Source of the DNA: a virus
Lineage: Duplodnaviria; Caudoviricetes
Strand: one strand, 5' to 3'
DNA: 52,144 nucleotides
IMG/VR virus record: IMGVR_UViG_3300009506_000046
Span: 1 to 52,144 of that record
Below are positions 1 through 8,596 of this stretch, piece by piece. The notes under the pieces were generated by a model, which was not told the origin of the DNA, ran no database searches, and was given only the letters and a program-made list of their open reading frames with translations. The translations under genes were made by a program, and so were the position numbers. How positions within the stretch are numbered: the first letter of the stretch is position 1; each line of letters begins with the position of its first letter.

Positions 1-914
1 ACAGAGAGCTATGGAGTTGAAAGCGCAAGGGGTAACCGTCAATCAATGGCGACTTCGGGAAATGGAAAGGTATAAAGCCTTGCATGCACAAACTGTTGCG
101 CAGTTCAACAGATATGCAAGCTACGCTGACGGATACATCTCTGACGGCCAAAGGGAGATCGGTCATCTTGGCATTGCCCATTCCCAACAGGCAATCCAAC
201 TCTCTTATTGGCCCCGAGTGGATGTCACGTTCAATCGCTTGCCTTTCGAGGCAGTTGAGAACATGGTGGGCCTTGCGGGGAACGGTCAACCTTTGGGGGA
301 GTTGTTGAAACAGCGAATGGTCATGAGCGCCAGTGGTGAACCCTTGCCCGACGTGTGGGATAGATTGACCCGAACTCTCGTAGAATCCACCGCCATAGGC
401 CGCAACCCGCGCCAAACCGCCACCCTGATGAGGGATGACCTGGCAGGCGGGTTACAAAAGGCCCTCACCATCGCTCGCACCGAGCAACTCAGAGTGTACC
501 GTCAACTCCATGCCGACTCATACGCCGCCAGCAACGTCGTGAGGGGCCAAAAGCGACTCACGGCTCACGACGGTCGAGTTTGTGCTGCTTGCCTCGCCGA
601 CGAGGGTACGATATACTCAGTCTATGAGATTCTCCCTGACCACGTCATGGGCCGCTGCACCTCTGTCCCCGTCCTTGACGAAGGGCCACAAGTTGATTGG
701 TTGAGTGGCGAGGATTGGTTGAAAACCCAACCCATAGATGTTCAACAAGCCATAATGGGCAAGGGGAGGTGGGAGGCTTACAATCGGGGTGAGTTTGCTT
801 TCGGGGACATCGTGCGGCATACTCATGACTCTGTTTGGGGCGGGGGGATAGGGGTTAGGAATTTATCTGATTTGGTTGCCAGGCAAACCGAGTATTACGA
901 GAGCACAGCTGTTG
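1..914. repeat. Terminal direct repeat, copy 1 (circularity overlap)
   Basis: 1-914 matches 51224-52144 apart from ~26 substitutions and a 7-bp duplication in copy 2. Confidence 0.95.
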
Positions 915-1417
915 GTGTAGGGGGCGAAGATCCGAGAGTCGTTGCTGAGACTTGGGGCGCGACACAGGCGGAGCTTCAAGGTATTTCCTTCAGTCATAAG
1001 CCCTTGGCTGGCTACTCCGAAATTGACAGTCAAACTTTTCGATCTGGTGATGGTCGCAGGGTAGGGGGCGTTTATTCAAACGTTACCAGAACGGTTCATG
1101 TCCCCCCAAATGCTACATCAGCCACCATCATGCACGAAGTTGGTCACCACGCTACCATGAACAGATACCAACGTTTGACCAATGCCGTTAAAGCAAAGTT
1201 CAAGACCCTGAAGGAAGAGCGCAACTATGCCTATAGAGCTCAAGATAAGCATACTGGGTTAAGGGATTATTCCTACAAAGACCATCTAGAGTTTATGGCC
1301 GATTCTTATATGGTGTTGAAGATCGGTAGTCTAACGCAGAGAAAAAATCTTATCGAGTTTGTCAAATCTTATGCAGGTGTGGATTTGACTCCACTTACTC
1401 AATTGGAGTATGATTAG
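11..1417 (+). CDS. MuF / SPP1 gp7-like head morphogenesis protein with C-terminal HExxH zincin-like domain (true N-terminus at 51075 on the circle)
   Basis: IARTEQLRVY and HDGRVCAAC...PDHVMGRC MuF-type motifs; C-terminal IMHEVGH...EFMADSY; located between portal block and scaffold. Confidence 0.85.
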   Translation: MELKAQGVTVNQWRLREMERYKALHAQTVAQFNRYASYADGYISDGQREIGHLGIAHSQQAIQLSYWPRVDVTFNRLPFEAVENMVGLAGNGQPLGELLKQRMVMSASGEPLPDVWDRLTRTLVESTAIGRNPRQTATLMRDDLAGGLQKALTIARTEQLRVYRQLHADSYAASNVVRGQKRLTAHDGRVCAACLADEGTIYSVYEILPDHVMGRCTSVPVLDEGPQVDWLSGEDWLKTQPIDVQQAIMGKGRWEAYNRGEFAFGDIVRHTHDSVWGGGIGVRNLSDLVARQTEYYESTAVGVGGEDPRVVAETWGATQAELQGISFSHKPLAGYSEIDSQTFRSGDGRRVGGVYSNVTRTVHVPPNATSATIMHEVGHHATMNRYQRLTNAVKAKFKTLKEERNYAYRAQDKHTGLRDYSYKDHLEFMADSYMVLKIGSLTQRKNLIEFVKSYAGVDLTPLTQLEYD

Positions 1418-1598
1418 CATGTTACAAGACTTTGACCCCGAAAAGCACAAGGGTTTGCCATTACTTGAGCTTATCACGGTTGAGAGTGAAAGCCAACCGG
1501 GGGTTTTTGAAACCGTCACCCGCCCCGCCGAGGTTGACTTTGAAACCGCCAGTCTCACACCGTGGTATTACGTCGTTGAGGTGGAAGATGAAAGTTAG
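1410..1598 (+). CDS. Small acidic hypothetical protein, candidate immunity partner of the MuF C-terminal domain
   Basis: 62 aa ORF overlapping the MuF stop; position typical of polymorphic-toxin immunity genes (inference). Confidence 0.5.
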   Translation: MISMLQDFDPEKHKGLPLLELITVESESQPGVFETVTRPAEVDFETASLTPWYYVVEVEDES

Positions 1599-1713
1599 TC
1601 TGTGTCATCGCCAGAGGTGCGGGGGAGAAGCATCCCCTTCCCTGTACCCCTGGCGTTGAGGCGGCCTAACGCTAGTGGCAAGAGGCCGATAGCGAAACCA
1701 ACAGGAGGGCGAG

Positions 1714-2349
1714 ATGCCTAACGATAAAGACCAACCAACACCACAACCTCAGCCGGGGCAGGGAGATCCCCCCGCGCAAGGTAACGGGGAACCGAGAAGC
1801 GACCCCATAACCATTGAGGACTTTGACAAGTGGCTAGCATCCCAACCGCCAGAGGTGCAATCAGCATACCAAACGCATACGTCCGGCCTCAGGTCGGCGC
1901 TCCAGTCCGAGAGGGACCGCGCCAAACAGCTTGAGAGGGAAAAAGCCGACCGTGCCCGCGCCGAGAAGGACGCAGAGGCACAACGGCTTGAGGAGCAACA
2001 AAAGTGGGAGGAACTAGCCAAACAGAGGCAGACCGAACTTGACGAACTCCGGGCGCAAGTCCAGGAGCTTGAGCCGCTATCCGCTCAAGTCGAGCGCTAC
2101 ATGACTGCACTCGGCTCATACCTGGAGGCGGCAAGAGACGGTGTGCCTACTCACATCATTGAGCTACTTGACAAGATGGATCCGGTTGACCAACTCACTT
2201 ACATCACCGAGCACGCCGACGCCCTAATCCCGCAAGAGAACAACCGCGGGAGCGGGCCGCCTAAAACCCCCAGGGCGAGGGAGCGAGGTGACACCTTGAC
2301 CGAAGACGAGCGCCGGAAAAAAGCGGTCAGTAGCCGAACTTTTTGGTAA
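1714..2349 (+). CDS. Capsid scaffolding protein
   Basis: Pro/Gln-rich N-terminus, long charged coiled coil, AGGAGG RBS, upstream of the capsid genes. Confidence 0.8.
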   Translation: MPNDKDQPTPQPQPGQGDPPAQGNGEPRSDPITIEDFDKWLASQPPEVQSAYQTHTSGLRSALQSERDRAKQLEREKADRARAEKDAEAQRLEEQQKWEELAKQRQTELDELRAQVQELEPLSAQVERYMTALGSYLEAARDGVPTHIIELLDKMDPVDQLTYITEHADALIPQENNRGSGPPKTPRARERGDTLTEDERRKKAVSSRTFW

Positions 2350-2370
2350 ATTTGGCAAAGGAGTAATTCA

Positions 2371-2778
2371 ATGGCCGATCTTTCGATAACCGCGACGGAC
2401 GTTGCTCCGGTCAAGGTCATCGAGCAAGTCACCGGACCAGCCGCCGCCGCCATTGACGCGGGGGAAGCGGTTTACTACGTCGCCGCAGATGGTACTTTCA
2501 ATCTCGCCGACGAGGATGTAGCCGCGCCCGTCAATGAGCCGGAAGGCATCGCCATCACCACGGCGAACCAAGCCAACATCACTATTACGGTGGTTAAAAA
2601 GGGCCTGCTGGACCTCGGGGACGCGCTCGATGGCATGGGCTATGGAGCAACCGTCTACTTGAGCGCCACCGCTGGCAAACTGGCCGACGCCGACCCCGGT
2701 AACGCGGTCGTTATCGGCGAAGTTGTCCCCGCGTGGGGTGCTACTACCGCAGATAAACTTCTGCGGGTGGATCTATAG
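2371..2778 (+). CDS. Capsid cement/decoration protein
   Basis: AAAAIDAGEAVY, GATVYLSATAGKL motifs; directly precedes the major capsid gene. Confidence 0.7.
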   Translation: MADLSITATDVAPVKVIEQVTGPAAAAIDAGEAVYYVAADGTFNLADEDVAAPVNEPEGIAITTANQANITITVVKKGLLDLGDALDGMGYGATVYLSATAGKLADADPGNAVVIGEVVPAWGATTADKLLRVDL

Positions 2779-2791
2779 GAGGTGAGTGAAC

Positions 2792-3856
2792 ATGGCTAAT
2801 ACACTCGCCTATGGGTTCGTTGGCCTAGAGTCCTTAATGGCCGAGCGTGTCACCACCGTTGGTGTCAACGTGGTAACCACCGCCATTCAGGAATCAGCCG
2901 CCGAACATACTCGCACGATTAACGCGCTCATGTCCGCTTTCGTGCGCCGCACAACCGAGCATCAGAAAAGGTTCAAGCTCCCCGGCGTCGGCACCCTCCA
3001 GCCTCTGGATGAGTGGGGCAACCCCCTGCCCGTCCGTGAGGAAGGGTACTATGACGTCGCATTCCCCATCCAGGGGGGCGGTACCGCGTGGGGCGATAAC
3101 CGCGTAGCGCGCGCCTTGATGGACGTCGCTTACGCCAATCGTATGACCGTTGAAGCCCTACGTCGTGACGCTGACTGGATGCGGCGTCATCTCTTGGCCG
3201 CGATCTTCGACAATGCCACCTGGACCTATGCCGATCCAGAGTACGGCGATCTGACCGTTCAGCCTTTGGCAAACGGCGATTCCGTTACTTACGTTCGCAC
3301 AGGCGGGGCAGCGTCAACCGATACGCACTATCTTGCCCAGGCCAACGCCATTGACGACTCGAACAACCCCTACGGCACCATTCACGATGAGCTATCCGAG
3401 CATCCGTCTAACGCTGGCGCGAACATTATAGCCTACATCCCAACCAACTTGGTTGCAGCGACGGAGGCCCTAACCGCTTTCGTGGAAGTCGGGGACCCCG
3501 ACATCCGTTACGGCTCTGGCGTAGACACCCTTGCGGGGACTGTTGACCGCGGGTTCGGCGACGAAGTACTAGGCAAAGCGAACAAGGTATGGATTGTTGA
3601 GTGGAAGTTCTTGCCCGACAACTACATCATAGCCCATGCCCAAGGCAGTACCGTGCTTGCGATGCGTGAGTACAATGCTACCGAACTCCAGGGGTTCTTT
3701 ACCGAGAACCACACCCCCGATGGCAACCTGCAGGAAACTCGCATGATCCGCTATGCGGGGTTTGGCGCAGAAAACCGCATCGCCGCGCTGGTCTACCGCA
3801 TCGGGAACGGCACCTATGGTATCCCGACCGGGTACGCCGCGCCCCTGGCGGTCTAA
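2792..3856 (+). CDS. Major capsid protein
   Basis: ~354 aa, AGGAGG RBS, follows scaffold/cement and is followed by a hairpin; called by size and synteny. Confidence 0.8.
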   Translation: MANTLAYGFVGLESLMAERVTTVGVNVVTTAIQESAAEHTRTINALMSAFVRRTTEHQKRFKLPGVGTLQPLDEWGNPLPVREEGYYDVAFPIQGGGTAWGDNRVARALMDVAYANRMTVEALRRDADWMRRHLLAAIFDNATWTYADPEYGDLTVQPLANGDSVTYVRTGGAASTDTHYLAQANAIDDSNNPYGTIHDELSEHPSNAGANIIAYIPTNLVAATEALTAFVEVGDPDIRYGSGVDTLAGTVDRGFGDEVLGKANKVWIVEWKFLPDNYIIAHAQGSTVLAMREYNATELQGFFTENHTPDGNLQETRMIRYAGFGAENRIAALVYRIGNGTYGIPTGYAAPLAV

Positions 3857-3879
3857 CCTTAGCTTGGTCACCTGGTTTA

Positions 3880-3908
3880 GTTGTGGGGTGGCATCCCCAC
3901 CCCACAAC
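3880..3908 (+). terminator. Hairpin after the capsid gene (no U-tract; mRNA stabiliser or weak terminator)
   Basis: GTTGTGGGGTGG / CCACCCCACAAC 12-bp stem. Confidence 0.45.
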
Positions 3909-3928
3909 CAGCCATAAAGGAGCACGAA

Positions 3929-4471
3929 ATGAACCAAACGAACTTCAAACTTTCGCCAGCGGTGAAGCTAATTGCTCTCCTGGTCCTGGGCGCCTTGCTC
4001 TTTGGTGCCGGCTATGGCCTCCGCGCTTTCTTGGAGGATGACGTCGCAGAATTCCAAACCCAAGGCATTAGCATCCCCGGTGTGCCAAGGACTCGTGTCA
4101 CCGGTCAACTCATCGCTGACTTGCTGACCGTCAATTCCCTATCTGAGTTCACCGGCGCCGCTGACTTTGCCAGCACCTTGCAGTTTGGGACCGACAACCT
4201 ATACACTCTCGGACATGCATCCTCTGGCAAGCAACTTGTATGTGGGACGACTGGCACTTTCACCGCTACAACCGCGCTTGATCTCAGCGGGTCACTCACC
4301 ACGGTTGACGCTATCCTGGTCAGTCAGATCACAGATGCTGCCAGTACGGGCGCGTTTGTCACAGCTACTGACCCGACTACTACCACCGTGACTGTAAAGT
4401 CTTGGGAAGCCGATGCAACCGCGGGAACGACCGGGGTGGATGTCCATTACTGTGCGGTCGGTGGACAATGA
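3929..4471 (+). CDS. Protein with N-terminal hydrophobic helix and Thr/Gly-rich beta domain (head-fibre-like)
   Basis: AGGAG RBS before ATG 3929; KLIALLVLGALLFGAGYGL hydrophobic segment. Confidence 0.65.
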   Translation: MNQTNFKLSPAVKLIALLVLGALLFGAGYGLRAFLEDDVAEFQTQGISIPGVPRTRVTGQLIADLLTVNSLSEFTGAADFASTLQFGTDNLYTLGHASSGKQLVCGTTGTFTATTALDLSGSLTTVDAILVSQITDAASTGAFVTATDPTTTTVTVKSWEADATAGTTGVDVHYCAVGGQ

Positions 4472-4812
4472 AAAAGTCAATAGCTGCAGCGCGCAGGCTT
4501 GACGCCGAACGCAGCATAACCGCCAGTGCGGGAAAGCTGGCCGATCGGTTTGGTGTACAGCCTCCACTCATTATCACCGTCCAGGACCCCGCGAGCCGCA
4601 GCGTCCTACAGCTTGAGGCGATAGCTAGTTTCCTGGAGCGGCTTTCTGTAGCAGGCTCTTGGGGAGAGCTTGAAGCTGTTATTGTCCAGCGGCTTGTAGC
4701 GGCAGGGTATGGCTCACCAGCCTCTGTCATCAGTGCTGATGACGGCGAACTGCTCAGAATCGAGGGCATAGGCCCCGCGACCTTGAAGCGCATCCGTGAG
4801 GTACTAGCATGA
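4468..4812 (+). CDS. Helix-hairpin-helix domain protein
   Basis: C-terminal ELLRIEGIGPATLKRI HhH motif; ATGA coupling at both ends. Confidence 0.75.
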   Translation: MKKSIAAARRLDAERSITASAGKLADRFGVQPPLIITVQDPASRSVLQLEAIASFLERLSVAGSWGELEAVIVQRLVAAGYGSPASVISADDGELLRIEGIGPATLKRIREVLA

Positions 4813-5222
4813 CAGCGCCGACCAGTTACACCGAAGACCAACTCAAGGGCTTTATGCACCGCACCCTGGGCGCGGTTGCGTCGGTGCTTAACTGGGACGT
4901 TTTCACCAACGCCTATGACGAAGCGGCTATAGAAACTCTGTTGGCCTACGGTGTTGACACTATCGCCGAGGCAACCGACATGCGTAAGCTGAGAGCCTTG
5001 GCCCGTCGTGAAGTCTGGCGCGCCGTCATGCACGAAACCGTAGGCGACTTTGACTTCTCCGCTGACGGAGGGAGCTATAACCGCAGTCAAATCCACGCTC
5101 AGGCTGTAACGCAGTTCAGCCGGGCAGCCGACGACGCCCTTGAGTATGATGATATCAATTGGCGCGTGAGCGTCGCCACACTCACGCAAGAGTACGACCC
5201 TTACGCGCCTCCGGAGGATTAA
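4809..5222 (+). CDS. Head-tail connector/adaptor
   Basis: Synteny; DFSADGGSYNRSQ adaptor-like motif. Confidence 0.65.
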   Translation: MTAPTSYTEDQLKGFMHRTLGAVASVLNWDVFTNAYDEAAIETLLAYGVDTIAEATDMRKLRALARREVWRAVMHETVGDFDFSADGGSYNRSQIHAQAVTQFSRAADDALEYDDINWRVSVATLTQEYDPYAPPED

Positions 5223-5227
5223 AAACT

Positions 5228-5566
5228 ATGGCAGCAGAAACACTCACTATCCAAAACGTTGCCCGAACCGGCGCGCAACTCTCTCTTGAGTCCGTCACCA
5301 CCGCTGACGGATTCAGGTTCCTTAACGATGGCCAAACCATCCTCTACATTGAGGAACAAAACGCCGGAGCGGTCACGTTGACGTTTACTCCCACGTTGAA
5401 GGTGGATGGCCTGACTCCCGCAGGTCGTGCCGTCGTCGTCACCGCATCTCAGAACTGGTTTATGGGCCCCTGGCCTCAGCAACAGTACAATGACTCGGAT
5501 GGTTACCTTAACGTCGCCATCACCGCAGATGAGGCGAGTGCAGTAGCCGCTATCAGTGTGCGATAA
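5228..5566 (+). CDS. Hypothetical virion protein
   Basis: GGAGG RBS before ATG 5228; beta-rich; in head-tail cluster. Confidence 0.6.
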   Translation: MAAETLTIQNVARTGAQLSLESVTTADGFRFLNDGQTILYIEEQNAGAVTLTFTPTLKVDGLTPAGRAVVVTASQNWFMGPWPQQQYNDSDGYLNVAITADEASAVAAISVR

Positions 5567-5874
5567 TGAAACTCAGAAACCAAAGAGGTGACACCGTTTT
5601 GCTCAAGTTCCGCAACCGACCGAGGCAGATTAGGAACCTTCTTGAGCAGGGCTTCACGGTGGTTGGTGAACCCCTGTCAGGTGAGTTCCCCACTTGCCCT
5701 CAATGCGGGGAGCCTCTTGTTTGCCTTGCGGCTTGTCACTTGTGGTATCACGCCGAGAGTGAGCCGCAAAAGGCCACAAGAAGCCGCAAGAAACCGCGGA
5801 CAGCGCCGGTTCCCCGCGGTAAGCAGCAAGAAACCGCCACTAAGGACGGCGAAGGCGAGGAAGCCGCCGAATGA
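5566..5874 (+). CDS. Hypothetical protein with CPQC/CxxxCH motif and basic tail
   Basis: Coupled to both neighbours. Confidence 0.55.
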   Translation: MKLRNQRGDTVLLKFRNRPRQIRNLLEQGFTVVGEPLSGEFPTCPQCGEPLVCLAACHLWYHAESEPQKATRSRKKPRTAPVPRGKQQETATKDGEGEEAAE

Positions 5875-6254
5875 GGCACTTTACCGCTGGTGAGTTGTCA
5901 CGCTTGCAATCCACGCAACAGGGACACATGCAGGATATCTGCATGGTTCAGAGGTACAGCGCCTTTGAGGATGCGTACGGCAACCCCTCGCCTGATTACA
6001 CCGACCAACCCGCTATCTCCTGCGGGGTGGATCAGTCTAGCCCGACTGAGCTTCAAGGCAGCGGCAGGGTACCGGAGATTGACCTTTCCCTGCGGTTGCC
6101 TGTCGGTACAGTTATCGACCCCCGCGACCGCATCAAGGTCACGCACCGTTACGGCCTGGCACTTGCTACTGCAGAGGTGTATGCCATTGTTGGCCCGGTG
6201 GAACGTGGCCCGTCCGGCCTGGTTGTGAGGCTCAAAAGGCACAAGGGAATCTAA
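5871..6254 (+). CDS. Head closure (stopper) protein
   Basis: DAYGNP...LPVGTVIDPRDRIKV...YAIVG pattern of SPP1 gp16-like proteins; synteny. Confidence 0.7.
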   Translation: MRHFTAGELSRLQSTQQGHMQDICMVQRYSAFEDAYGNPSPDYTDQPAISCGVDQSSPTELQGSGRVPEIDLSLRLPVGTVIDPRDRIKVTHRYGLALATAEVYAIVGPVERGPSGLVVRLKRHKGI

Positions 6255-6634
6255 TGTCAGGTAAAGTCGCTTGGTACGGCGACAAAGTCACCGCTATGGT
6301 CGATGATGCCGCCGACTTAATCATAGAGCGTATCGCGTTCTACGTTGAGGGCGCAGCCAAGACCCGCGCTCCGGTAGACACCGGCTTTATGCGAAACGCG
6401 ATCTACACCATAGCACCCGGTGGCTCGGGTAGATCACAAGCAACAGCACAGGCCAAATCCGTGGCCAACCGCGAGGTAGCGCCATCGCCGAGCGTGGGAG
6501 AACACGAAGCAGCAGTCCACGCAGCAGCAGGTTATACCATCTATCAAGAAAACCGGGTCGGTTTCTTGTGGGGTGGTTTGGAGGAAGCAGCGGGTCAATT
6601 CCCAAACATCGCCGGGGTGGTGCGTCTTGGTTGA
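6254..6634 (+). CDS. HK97 gp10-like tail completion protein
   Basis: AKTRAPVDTGFMRNAI motif. Confidence 0.8.
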   Translation: MSGKVAWYGDKVTAMVDDAADLIIERIAFYVEGAAKTRAPVDTGFMRNAIYTIAPGGSGRSQATAQAKSVANREVAPSPSVGEHEAAVHAAAGYTIYQENRVGFLWGGLEEAAGQFPNIAGVVRLG

Positions 6635-7016
6635 TCTAAACTCTGTCATCAAGGCTCATCTCGTAACTTGCGCCGACCTGGCCGACTTAATCTCTAACCG
6701 AGTTTACTCAGCCAGGGACGTCCCGCCGCCAGGTTACGACCTTGACAGTGGTGCCTGCGTCACCTTCCGCGTTCGCGGGGGTGACATTGACTATCCCGAC
6801 GCCTTACACCGCCCTTCCGTTCAGTTCAAGTGCTACGGTCAGAACGACCGCGAGGCGTGGCAAGTCTATCGCGCTCTGTATGATGCGCTTCAGAATACCC
6901 ATTCTGCAAGCATCCTCCATGCTCAACTTGAAGTCCAGGGGCAGTCATTGGAGGAACCAGAAACCGACTGGCCCTTTGTGCTAACGTACTTTCGCTTTTT
7001 AATCAGAGAGTCTTAG
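6627..7016 (+). CDS. Tail terminator protein
   Basis: LADLISNRVY...VQFKCYG pattern; precedes tail tube; TTG start inferred. Confidence 0.7.
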   Translation: MVDLNSVIKAHLVTCADLADLISNRVYSARDVPPPGYDLDSGACVTFRVRGGDIDYPDALHRPSVQFKCYGQNDREAWQVYRALYDALQNTHSASILHAQLEVQGQSLEEPETDWPFVLTYFRFLIRES

Positions 7017-7026
7017 GAGGTTCCAA

Positions 7027-7644
7027 ATGGGAACACCGTCAGTAACCAACATCATTCACTCTGGCGCGTGGTTGTACCATGCCCCAGTGGGTGAAACTAT
7101 CCCCGATGAGACCAGCGTAGCTCTCGGGGCGGCTTGGGGTGGCAACTGGGAGCGTGTCGGCTACACCGATGCCCCCTTGACCCTAATCTATGAGTCGGAG
7201 GAAGCCGACATCGCGGTAGAGGAGCACTTGGCCCCCGTCAAGCGTCGGCGTATCTCAGAGAACTTGACCGCCGAGACTGTGCTTGCCGAGTTGACGGCCG
7301 AGTATCTTCAACTTGGCGCCGGTGACCAAGACGCCGTCTCGACCACTGCGGCAGGCGCCTCACAAAAGGGCTATGAGGAAACCGGCCTCGGCGACGAACC
7401 AATCATATCTGAAAAGTCTTGGGGCTTTGAGTGTCGTCACATCGACGCCTCCGGCAACGAGCACCCGTTGAGAGTCTTCATCCACATCGGCACAGGCACG
7501 CTCAACGGTGAGTTGACCTTCAGCCAGAAGGCGGAGGACAAGGCGGGTATCCCGATCCAAGTCAAGGCGTTAGTCGATCCAACTCAATCTGTCGGTCAGC
7601 GCCTGTGTTTGTTCCAGAGGGTAACCGCCCCGGCGACTAGCTAA
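7027..7644 (+). CDS. Major tail (tube) protein
   Basis: AGGAGG RBS; WERVGYT motif; synteny. Confidence 0.8.
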   Translation: MGTPSVTNIIHSGAWLYHAPVGETIPDETSVALGAAWGGNWERVGYTDAPLTLIYESEEADIAVEEHLAPVKRRRISENLTAETVLAELTAEYLQLGAGDQDAVSTTAAGASQKGYEETGLGDEPIISEKSWGFECRHIDASGNEHPLRVFIHIGTGTLNGELTFSQKAEDKAGIPIQVKALVDPTQSVGQRLCLFQRVTAPATS

Positions 7645-7662
7645 AGTGATAAAGGGGATGCG

Positions 7663-8070
7663 ATGAAAACAGTAACCATAGTTCTTGACGGAACAGAGTA
7701 TACAGTTGAGGAACTCCGTAGTCGCAATAACGCAGAGTGGCGCGCGGAGTTGGAAAAGCACTTTAGCGAGATCGCAAACGCAATCGAGGAGCTTGGCGTA
7801 GGTGGTGAAGTGGAAGTGAACGACTTTGACGCTATCGCTGGCCTGGTCCGTTCCTTCAGCGGCAAGCTCCTTGGTTCGGTGGGCATCGTTCACGAAATGG
7901 TCAAAAGCTACCTCCCGCCGAACTTGCATAGTACCCTTGACGATGCCTATGATTCTGAGATCATCGAAGCCTTTATCGCCATCCTTGGTTTGGCCTACCC
8001 TTTTGGATCCGCGGTGGGCAAACTGGTTCAGCTTTGGGAGACGATTGGCTCAACGCCGCGTCAGACATAA
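7663..8070 (+). CDS. Tail assembly chaperone (gpG-like)
   Basis: Between tail tube and tape measure; in-frame slippery heptamer near its 3' end. Confidence 0.75.
   Translation: MKTVTIVLDGTEYTVEELRSRNNAEWRAELEKHFSEIANAIEELGVGGEVEVNDFDAIAGLVRSFSGKLLGSVGIVHEMVKSYLPPNLHSTLDDAYDSEIIEAFIAILGLAYPFGSAVGKLVQLWETIGSTPRQT
7998..8004 (+). other. -1 programmed ribosomal frameshift site C CCT TTT
   Basis: X XXY YYZ heptamer in frame with the 7663 ORF; the -1 frame is open and runs into the 8034-8306 ORF. Confidence 0.8.
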
Positions 8071-8306
8071 CGGAGTTGGCGTTATCTCAATGGGGCCTTT
8101 GGGATGACCAATTAGACATACTGACCTTGGCAACCTTGCAAGTGTCCTACATAAGGCGCAAACGATGGGAAGCCAAGCTTCTGGCGGGCGAAGTGTGGAA
8201 AACACTGAGTGACGCTATGAGTCAAAGAGGTCAGGCGCGGAACATTGACTTGTCCGGCTTTATGTCCCAAATGGGTCATCCTGGATTAAAGGAAGGTGCA
8301 GAATGA
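8004..8306 (+). CDS. Frameshift extension of tail assembly chaperone (gpGT-like)
   Basis: -1 frame relative to the 7663 ORF, open from the slippery site to 8306. Confidence 0.7.
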   Translation, partial: WIRGGQTGSALGDDWLNAASDITELALSQWGLWDDQLDILTLATLQVSYIRRKRWEAKLLAGEVWKTLSDAMSQRGQARNIDLSGFMSQMGHPGLKEGAE

Positions 8307-8596
8307 AAGGCAAAGGAATGTCACAAGGTCAAGCGGAAGCAACGGTGCAGAAGGTGCTTGACTTGATGACAACCGACGAAGTTGATGAGATCGTGCCAGA
8401 CGGTGACCCGACCTTTCAACTCATCAGCGATGCGATTATGGCGTGGTACGTGCTCTTGTGGGCATCAGGCGTCTTTCGAACCAGGACCAACAAACAGAGG
8501 CAAGCGGTTGAAAGGACCCTGGCTGGTTCCCTACTCATCCTGGGAACGCTTGTGAAATACACTTATGCTTTGGGGATGCGTAAGGACTCTGACTAA
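8303..8596 (+). CDS. Hypothetical protein with two hydrophobic segments
   Basis: ATGA coupling; abuts the tape measure start. Confidence 0.6.
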   Translation: MKGKGMSQGQAEATVQKVLDLMTTDEVDEIVPDGDPTFQLISDAIMAWYVLLWASGVFRTRTNKQRQAVERTLAGSLLILGTLVKYTYALGMRKDSD

